Below, one piece after another: positions 52,652 to 59,442 of a stretch of DNA of 64,000 bases (positions are counted from its first letter, which is position 1; every line of letters starts with the position of its first letter). The notes beneath the pieces were generated by a model, which did no database searches, was not told the origin of the DNA, and saw nothing but the letters and a program-made list of their open reading frames with translations. Position numbers and translations under genes: made by a program. The stretch spans positions 320,001 to 384,000 of the forward strand of contig CAWGYD010000006.1 of NCBI GenBank assembly GCA_963826785.1, written 5' to 3'. Source of the stretch: an uncultured delta proteobacterium (GTDB taxonomy: Bacteria > Desulfobacterota > Desulfobacteria > Desulfobacterales > Desulfosalsimonadaceae).

Positions 52652-53674
52652 ATGGGCAGACCTCCCCGCCCCCTGATCATCCCTGTATTCATCCCCCATG
52701 CCGGATGCCCCCACCAGTGCGTGTTCTGCAACCAGCATGCCATCACCGGCGCAGCGACAGGGCCCCTGTCGGCAGCGGCCATACAGGAGACCATCGCGGA
52801 ATTCCTGGCCTTTCGAAAAAACCGGCCCGTGGCGGAAATTTCGTTTTATGGTGGAAATTTTCTGGGTCTTCCCGCACCGGAAATCACCGCACTGCTTGAA
52901 ATTGCCGCATCTTACGCGTATGGCGGCCAAATCGACGGCATCCGGTTTTCCACCCGGCCCGACACCGTCACCCCGGAACGGCTGGCCCTTCTTTCCAACT
53001 ACCCCGTTTCCACGGTCGAACTGGGAATCCAGTCCATGAACGACCGGGTGCTGTCATCGGCCCGGCGGGGGCACACGGCAGCCGATGCCATCCGGGCGGC
53101 CGGGCGCATCCGTGAAAAAAATTACAATTTGGGCCTGCAGATGATGACCGGGCTGCCCGGCGACACACCGGAAAAATCGATTGAAACCGCCACCGCCCTG
53201 GCCGAACTCCATCCCGATTTCGTGCGCATCTACCCCACCCTGGTGATCGCGGAAAGCCCCCTGGCCCGATGGTACCGTGAAGGAACATATGTGCCCATGT
53301 CCATGGAAGAAACGGTGAGACTGGTCAAGGATATCTGCAAGATATTCGAACACCGCCGCATCCCCGTAGCCCGCATCGGACTGCAGGCATCAAAGGAGTT
53401 AAACGATTCCGCCCGGATTCTGGCCGGCCCCTTTCACCCGGCCCTGGGGCACATGGTTCGATCCGAAATGATGCTGGATGCCGCCGTTGCAAAATTAAAG
53501 ACAAATGCCGGCCCCACCAGCACCGTCACCCTCACGGTCCATCCCCGCAGCCTGTCGCGCATGCAGGGGCTAAATAAAATTAATCTCGATATTCTCAAGC
53601 GCGAGTTTAAGATAAAAGACCTTCGCCTGCAGACCGATCCTGCACTGGACGACCAGGAGGTCCGTTTGAATTAG
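52652..53674 (+). CDS. Radical SAM protein (Elp3/YhcC-like)
   Basis: PVFIPHAGCPHQCVFCNQ, FYGG and STRPD motifs; follows rnc. Confidence 0.88.
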   Translation: MGRPPRPLIIPVFIPHAGCPHQCVFCNQHAITGAATGPLSAAAIQETIAEFLAFRKNRPVAEISFYGGNFLGLPAPEITALLEIAASYAYGGQIDGIRFSTRPDTVTPERLALLSNYPVSTVELGIQSMNDRVLSSARRGHTAADAIRAAGRIREKNYNLGLQMMTGLPGDTPEKSIETATALAELHPDFVRIYPTLVIAESPLARWYREGTYVPMSMEETVRLVKDICKIFEHRRIPVARIGLQASKELNDSARILAGPFHPALGHMVRSEMMLDAAVAKLKTNAGPTSTVTLTVHPRSLSRMQGLNKINLDILKREFKIKDLRLQTDPALDDQEVRLN

Positions 53675-54108
53675 AACCGGCCGGCCTATCCAATGGCTAT
53701 CTTTGAAAAATAAGGATTTACGGTGTAATAATGACTTATCTGGCAACTCTCGCCATTGGAAATCGCGGCACCGCTTCCGACCGGTAACGCTTTCGTCGCC
53801 GCCCTATACAAAGGCCAGAAAGAGGCGGCCCCGGACCTTGAGGCGGTCAGAATCCGGGTGTTTTGTCCATCATCCTCCCCCTGATTGTTCCAAGAATCAT
53901 CACCAGCATCCTGACTATCCATAATAACGACCAAGCCCGGCAACAATCCCGACGTCAAAACCCTGATCACTGGATCTGGCCATCATCAGCAGGCGAATTT
54001 CCGGATTAGCGGTAATCCATAGCCGGTATTACGCAAGTCCATCAGATGAAGATCTGGAAAAGAGTTGTCACCGAATTTCAATTCTTTATCTGGAGTGAAA
54101 AGACGAGT

Positions 54109-54246
54109 AGTCGATAACCATCATTAGTAATTTTTGAATTCTGGGGCTTCCCATATCTTGTATTGGCCAATTTTCAAGGAATGCTGGATGGCTGCTATTG
54201 TATGGTGCACTGGAAGGTTGGGTTATAGGGGTGAAGACTGTTGAAC
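54109..54246. repeat. Diverged direct repeat, copy A (~137 bp)
   Basis: Aligns with 55071-55207; 33-nt core GGAATGCTGGA(T/G)GGCTGCTATTGTATGGTGCAC has one mismatch; also shares AGTCGATAA and CCCATATCTTGT. Confidence 0.88.
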
Positions 54247-54310
54247 ACCCGGCATACGGCTCGGCGTCATTTCATATTGGCCCTACTGTTTTAGAATTCC
54301 ATTGCGCTTT

Positions 54311-54640
54311 TCAGGAATGGAGATTATTGGATACAACCGTCTTAATCTTGGAAAGTTCACCTGCCATTTTGTTTTCAGCGTTCCACAGATCATAAGCCTG
54401 TTGCATACGTAACCAAAGCCCAGGCCCATTTCCTGCAAACTTGCCAATCCGGAGCGCCATTTCAGTTGTAATGGGGTGGGTGCAAGCTAATATTCGATGA
54501 AGTTGCTGGCGGGAAACACCAAGACGCCTTGCTGCATCGCTGACAGACAGGCCAAGAGTTTTAAGAACATCTTCACGTAAAATTTCACCAGGATGTACTG
54601 GTTGTCTTTTAATAGGGCGTTTAACTACATATTCTCCCAT
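54311..54640 (-). CDS. higA: HigA family antitoxin
   Basis: PVHPGEILRE, HTH, ITTEMALRI and WLRMQQAYDLW; start at ATG 54640. Confidence 0.94.
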   Translation of the reverse strand: MGEYVVKRPIKRQPVHPGEILREDVLKTLGLSVSDAARRLGVSRQQLHRILACTHPITTEMALRIGKFAGNGPGLWLRMQQAYDLWNAENKMAGELSKIKTVVSNNLHS

Positions 54641-54650
54641 GGTTTTTACC

Positions 54651-54926
54651 TCAATGATATTGTTCAAGGTCAATCTTAAATGCATCACCAGATTCCCATT
54701 CAAAGGTAATGCACCATGGACCATTAACATGAATACTATAACGTTTTGGCTTTCCTTGAAGGCCGTGAAAATTAAAGCCAGGAACATTTAAATCCGTCAA
54801 TGATTCCGCTTGATCAAGAGCATCTAAACGTCTTAGGGACCGCTCTTGTAAATCCTGACTTAACCTTCGGGATCGGCCACCTTCAAATAACTCGGCAAGT
54901 CCCTTATGCCTGAAACTTTTTATCAT
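54651..54926 (-). CDS. higB: HigB (RelE/ParE superfamily) toxin
   Basis: MIKSFRHKGL, FHGLQG, YSIHVNGPWCITF and C-terminal QYH; toxin-first order. Confidence 0.94.
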   Translation of the reverse strand: MIKSFRHKGLAELFEGGRSRRLSQDLQERSLRRLDALDQAESLTDLNVPGFNFHGLQGKPKRYSIHVNGPWCITFEWESGDAFKIDLEQYH

Positions 54927-54933
54927 AGATTAT

Positions 54934-54961
54934 ATTGTATCACATATTGTTACAGTGTCAA
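54934..54961 (-). promoter_or_regulatory. higBA promoter with embedded palindromic operator
   Basis: Minus strand TTGACA-N16-TACAAT, 7 nt before the ATG; imperfect palindrome TGTAAC-N7-GATACA (54936-54954). Confidence 0.75.
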
Positions 54962-55070
54962 AAGAAATGTTCCACAAATTCAAAAACAACGCTTGGTTTC
55001 ATTAAAGGGGCAAATCGTTAGAAGTATTTCAAACATGATGTATTTCCAAATTTTTCCAGCAGTGCGGCAC

Positions 55071-55207
55071 AGTCGATAAGCCTTACCGGCAATTCTTGAT
55101 TTTGGGCTTCCCCCATATCTTGTGGTTGCCGGTTTTCAGGAATGCTGGAGGGCTGCTATTGTATGGTGCACAGGTGAGGATGGTTTTGGTGGTGAGGACT
55201 TGTGAAC
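55071..55207. repeat. Diverged direct repeat, copy B (~137 bp)
   Basis: Aligns with 54109-54246; begins at the GTT core of the attC at 55201-55257 when read on the minus strand. Confidence 0.88.
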
Positions 55208-55257
55208 GATTTAATAAGTGGCGCGGCTTTTTGCGTCCACTTATTAAATCGTTCGCT
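55201..55257 (-). other. Integron attC-like recombination site
   Basis: Minus strand AGCGAAC-GATTTAATAAGTGGACGC-AAAAAGCC-GCGCCACTTATTAAATC-GTTCACA; long inverted repeat with a bulged base; R'' is the exact complement of the GTTCGCT that opens this cassette. Confidence 0.78.
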
Positions 55258-55302
55258 GGCCGTAAGCGCTGTTTTTCGATTCGTGAATTTTAGAAGGCCA
55301 GT

Positions 55303-55722
55303 TTAGTACACTATCCGATATGTTTCTCCTTTGTTTGTCATCGCCATACCATATCCGTGCGGTGACCACCCCATTTCATTATGCATAAACAGCACTTCCA
55401 TAACAGTATCATTATTTCCAGTTAAAATCGCATAGCACTTGTGTTGGCCTGATCCAGAAACCGTTACTAAGCTGGATAGCTCGTTTTGATAAGTCAAAAT
55501 GCCAGCGCTCAATTGTGTGTCCGAACTGCAAGCCCAAGTTCCTCTAAGTATTTCGCCCGACATCAACTTTACTTCCATAGAAAGATCCCCCATCCCCAAA
55601 GTACCAGGTAAAGTTTTCGATGTCTGAAACTCAACGAAACGAATTGGATAGGAACAACCATAAAAGGATAAAATCATAATAACCAGAAGAGCGCTAAATA
55701 TAGTATTCTTTATTTTAGACAT
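55303..55722 (-). CDS. Hypothetical lipoprotein (gene cassette)
   Basis: FYGC lipobox after a signal peptide; AT-rich; bounded by attC sites. Confidence 0.8.
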   Translation of the reverse strand: MSKIKNTIFSALLVIMILSFYGCSYPIRFVEFQTSKTLPGTLGMGDLSMEVKLMSGEILRGTWACSSDTQLSAGILTYQNELSSLVTVSGSGQHKCYAILTGNNDTVMEVLFMHNEMGWSPHGYGMAMTNKGETYRIVY

Positions 55723-55786
55723 TTTTTACACTCCCATACTCATACTTGCAACATGACAGGATGAATACAAATAAATATGTTGTTAC

Positions 55787-55841
55787 AGCGAACGTGTGCA
55801 TCAGGCGCGGCGTTTAGCCGTCGCCTGATGCAATGTTATGT
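55787..55841 (-). other. Integron attC recombination site
   Basis: Minus strand ACATAAC-ATTGCATCAGGCGACGGC-TAAAC-GCCGCGCCTGATGCACAC-GTTCGCT; the upstream gene's TAA stop lies inside R''. Confidence 0.85.
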
Positions 55842-56594
55842 GATCATGTTTACTCTTGTTGCCATTAACTGTAACAATTGAGGATTTCTTATCATTTCAA
55901 AATAATGGATATTTGTTTCATCCTTAAGAATTTCACTGATTATTCTCCTCTTTTCGCTATCCATTCTCAAACCAAATGTGACAGTCTTGATTTGACCAGG
56001 TAGCGGTACCAACTGATTCCCTTCATTTACAACAATCCGCCACTCTTTCTCATTCTCCCAATCATTATGCTTTGAAAATATCCATTTGTAATCATTTTGG
56101 GTCGGCCCACCCTCTAAGAGCTCAGAAAAATTTACTTTAGGTGCTTCCGAAACGTACGAAACTTTCTCAGCAAATTCATTTAATAGAATCCCTATGCACA
56201 ACCCACTATGGTTGCTGGCGTAATGTGACCACATTGTCACATTCGTATTCTCTTCGGCCAGACAATAGACACCAATATTTTTTATCACATCAAGCGTGCT
56301 TGAGGCTATATTGTCAATCACCTTTTTAGCATCGTCGGTCACAATTCCATCTTGAGAAATTAATTTCCTGATATCACGGTCAATTTGATCTTCAGAACGA
56401 CCTTCACGCTTTAATTGCCACCTTATGCACTTTTCATATTTATCAAGCGGGATATTATTATCGAAATTTAAGTGGCAATCGAAAGGATCGTTAAAAGCTT
56501 CAGGTTTTGAAAACCATATTTTTTTTGTTATAAGTGCTTCAAGCAAATATTCGTTGTAAGGATAATATCTATAAAAAAGTTGATCTGCTTTCAT
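55836..56594 (-). CDS. DUF2971-like domain protein (gene cassette)
   Basis: FNDPFDC, MWSHYASNHSGLCIG and KHNDWENEKEWR motifs; AT-rich. Confidence 0.8.
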   Translation of the reverse strand: MKADQLFYRYYPYNEYLLEALITKKIWFSKPEAFNDPFDCHLNFDNNIPLDKYEKCIRWQLKREGRSEDQIDRDIRKLISQDGIVTDDAKKVIDNIASSTLDVIKNIGVYCLAEENTNVTMWSHYASNHSGLCIGILLNEFAEKVSYVSEAPKVNFSELLEGGPTQNDYKWIFSKHNDWENEKEWRIVVNEGNQLVPLPGQIKTVTFGLRMDSEKRRIISEILKDETNIHYFEMIRNPQLLQLMATRVNMIT

Positions 56595-56615
56595 AGTTAG
56601 GCCATATTAATATAT

Positions 56616-56960
56616 TTATTGTCCTGAACCATCTTGGCAATAGTAAGCATCACCGATCATTCTCGTCCCGCCCATTGTATTTGATATTACTTGAGTTAGT
56701 AGGACATTTGCTCCCAACTCCGCCGCTTTATTTTTTAATTCATTCATAGCGCTTTCAAAGCCAACTCCAGTAGCTGCAAAACCACCCCAACTTGAAGATG
56801 AAGAAACCTGACCTAAGTATTTACATCCATTGATGTTCTCAGATTGGTTTGTAACTCGAACAAGTGACCCTTTATTTGACAACATTGTCGCACAACCGGA
56901 TAGAACTATGGTAAACATTAAAGAACATAAAAACACTATCAAATAAGTTTTCTTATTCAT
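56616..56960 (-). CDS. Small lipoprotein, DUF4156-like (gene cassette)
   Basis: LSGC lipobox; GCKYLGQV...LKNKAAELGANV...AYYC pattern; start at ATG 56960. Confidence 0.75.
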   Translation of the reverse strand: MNKKTYLIVFLCSLMFTIVLSGCATMLSNKGSLVRVTNQSENINGCKYLGQVSSSSSWGGFAATGVGFESAMNELKNKAAELGANVLLTQVISNTMGGTRMIGDAYYCQDGSGQ

Positions 56961-56982
56961 ATTACTTCTCTCCGTATTTAAA

Positions 56983-57014
56983 ACATAACTGATGTTTATC
57001 TGGTTTCCAGATAA
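56983..57014 (-). other. Putative integron attI site
   Basis: Minus strand CCAGATAAACATCA-GTTATGT; the core is complementary to R'' ACATAAC of the first attC; there is no attC hairpin here; repeated boxes lie upstream. Confidence 0.6.
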
Positions 57015-57180
57015 TACGCCTACATGTGTTTTCCCATCCAGATAACACACAAGACTGTAATCGAATAGATCTATGTTAAATCAATTAATTATGTAAATTT
57101 GAGTACTATATATGCATATTATCTGGTTTCCTGATAATATGCAAAAAGCTCTCTTTGGTATGGTAGTGAATAAAAAAAAG

Positions 57181-58881
57181 GTAACCATTCAGCGAAATTC
57201 AAATACTATCCTTGGAAAAGGCCTTCCGGTAGTTTCCCGTCAAACAACGAGCGTAAGGCTTCCGTTGACGAAATTCCATGCTTGCGGCAAGTTGACAGAT
57301 AACCCCGGACACGGCAGAATATTTTTGCACCTTCAATCGAGCGAAAGCATCCCGATATCTTCTGCTGCACCTTGGTCATCCGGATATCATTTTCGGCCAT
57401 ATTATTGCTGAACGGCACGTATTCAGTATCCATAAACCGAAGTGTGTCGTTTTCAAAATCCCGAAGACGTTCCAGCAAATTCCTGGATTTGGATTTTTTA
57501 ATCCGTCCTCTTTTTCCTTTCTTGGGTCTTTCTGGCTCCGGACATTCAACTTCCGCTTTTTTGATCAGATCCCTGTATTTTTGCCGGTATTTCAACGATA
57601 TTTCAGCATCCAATGCACCGCCGGCATCGGAAACCGCGCGATGAGTCGTTTCAAGGAACGTTTTCATCTCAAGCGCCCACTTCTGGCCATCCTGCTCCCA
57701 TGATCTCGTCAACTCCCGCAGATGATGGGCATTGCAAAGGGCGTGATCGCATTCATATTTATAGTAGGGCTTCCAATGATCATGACACAATATCCCTTTG
57801 AATACCGGCAAGACGCTCATTTCGTTCATGGCATCCGTGCCCCGCTTTTCATGAGGATGGTAAAGCGTCCACAAATCGTTGGATAACCCGTGCAACCAAT
57901 GCCTTTTGCCGTTAATATTGATGCCTGTTTCATCTGCATGAGCCAGATTGGATGCAGCCAATTCGGCTTTTGTCAGATTCTCAAAGTCGCCCAAGAGTTG
58001 CCAGGCTTCTTTGTTAAAGTTGAAAATCGATCCTTCACCGATCGGTATCTGAAGCTGATCCGCAAAATAATCGCAAATACGGTTATACGGCACGAGTTGA
58101 AATTGCGACATATAGACCGAGTGGGCCTTTATACCGGCCCCATATTGTACCGCTTTATTCACGCCCTTCGGAAAAGGGGCGACAAATCGGCGTCCGCCCT
58201 CATCTTCAAGAATCTGAGCCCGGTATTCGGTAACCATTCTTGAAAAATCGATATCAAATACCTGACGCGTCTCAAATCCTGCCTGCCGGTATTGTCCGGC
58301 CGGCAATTTATGCCGGTCAATCCGGATCACCTTGATTCTGTCAGGTTTGTCAACTTTCTGAAGGGTTGTACCAACATGACCGGTTTGTCCGCCGGCCTTT
58401 TTTCCGGTCTTTTCCCGAGTCCCCTTTTTCCTGTTTGGATCGCTTGACGGCGGCTTGCTGCTGTTTGTGCTGTTTAAGCCCAAACGATTGACAAGCAGGG
58501 TGATGATCAGGATCAAAACCTCAAACATTGATTTCGTGGCTGTCGACAATTGCTTGTCTTCATGCACTATGGACTGTGCTTTTTCAATCGCTGCCTGTAT
58601 GTCAATGTTTTCGATTTTCATTCGGCCTTTTCCTGTGTCGGTTATTGAACGTACTATAACACAGGTTTTGAAACCGAAATTTTTCTCCTTGTATGCTGTT
58701 TTGGCGTGTTTAAATTTTTCAGACCGGACAGGGTATGCGTTCGAAGAGAAAGTCCTTAATTCGTCACGTGAAGCAGTCTGATCGACGAATTACAGGGATT
58801 CACTGAATGATATCTGAATTCCGTGTTTTTCTCCAAAACCCTTGTCAAGTCTTTTTTTCACTTTTTTCGCTGAATAGTTAC
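57181..58881 (-). mobile_element. IS66-family insertion sequence (single-ORF, ISBst12-group-like)
   Basis: Terminal inverted repeats GTAACCATTCAGCGAAA / GTAACTATTCAGCGAAA (16/17); no matching 8-bp flanks. Confidence 0.9.
57206..58621 (-). CDS. IS66 family transposase
   Basis: NSSKPPSSD, HADETG, CHDHW, CNAHHLREL and NNMAENDIRMTKVQQKISGCFRS motifs. Confidence 0.95.
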   Translation of the reverse strand: MKIENIDIQAAIEKAQSIVHEDKQLSTATKSMFEVLILIITLLVNRLGLNSTNSSKPPSSDPNRKKGTREKTGKKAGGQTGHVGTTLQKVDKPDRIKVIRIDRHKLPAGQYRQAGFETRQVFDIDFSRMVTEYRAQILEDEGGRRFVAPFPKGVNKAVQYGAGIKAHSVYMSQFQLVPYNRICDYFADQLQIPIGEGSIFNFNKEAWQLLGDFENLTKAELAASNLAHADETGININGKRHWLHGLSNDLWTLYHPHEKRGTDAMNEMSVLPVFKGILCHDHWKPYYKYECDHALCNAHHLRELTRSWEQDGQKWALEMKTFLETTHRAVSDAGGALDAEISLKYRQKYRDLIKKAEVECPEPERPKKGKRGRIKKSKSRNLLERLRDFENDTLRFMDTEYVPFSNNMAENDIRMTKVQQKISGCFRSIEGAKIFCRVRGYLSTCRKHGISSTEALRSLFDGKLPEGLFQG

Positions 58882-58918
58882 ACTGCATTCTCACTATCTC
58901 AAAACGCTCCGGTGGCGT

Positions 58919-59383
58919 TCATTTGGTGAAAAACATGGTCAGCACTTCGGCTACGCAGGCGGGCTTTTCCTGGTTCTCGATTTCCACCGTGTGGATGGTG
59001 GTGGTCAAAACCCTGCCGCCGCCCTTTTCCTGCACGTCCGACAGGACGATGCGGTCCCGGATGCGTGAATCGACCGGCACCGGGTTGAGCAGCCGGAGCT
59101 TGTTCATCCCGTAGTTGATGGCCATCAGGGTTCCCTCGGGAAGCAGCACATGATTTTCCGAAAAGTGGGAAAGCAGCGACACGGTCAAATAGCCGTGGGC
59201 AATCGTCTTGCCGAACGGCCCCCTGGCGGCCGCTTCCGGGTCCACGTGAATCCACTGGTGGTCCAGGGTGCAGTCGGCAAACGCGTTGATCCGGGCCTGG
59301 TCGATCTCCAGCCAGTCGGTCACGCCCAGTTCTTCCCCGATCCGCTCCCGCATCTTGTCCAAAGACAGCACTTCAACAGGCAT
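58919..59383 (-). CDS. MaoC family (hot-dog fold) dehydratase
   Basis: FADCTLDHQWIHVD, TIAHGYL and NYGMNKLR motifs. Confidence 0.92.
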   Translation of the reverse strand: MPVEVLSLDKMRERIGEELGVTDWLEIDQARINAFADCTLDHQWIHVDPEAAARGPFGKTIAHGYLTVSLLSHFSENHVLLPEGTLMAINYGMNKLRLLNPVPVDSRIRDRIVLSDVQEKGGGRVLTTTIHTVEIENQEKPACVAEVLTMFFTK

Positions 59384-59442
59384 GGCAACTCCTTTCCAGT
59401 AGTATTAAATTCAGGTGTTTTTGCTCCTCTGAAAGCAATATC

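Noticed and set aside
53686..53970. 94-aa ORF between the radical SAM gene and the island
   Set aside because: No RBS or recognisable motif; cannot be supported as a gene.
54247..54265. GAGCCGTATGCCGGG on the minus strand resembling group II intron domain V
   Set aside because: The rest of domain V/VI and any reverse transcriptase ORF are absent; it fits a degenerate attC arm better.
57100..57125. LexA (SOS) box near the putative integrase promoter
   Set aside because: TACTATATATGCATATTA lacks the CTG...CAG ends.
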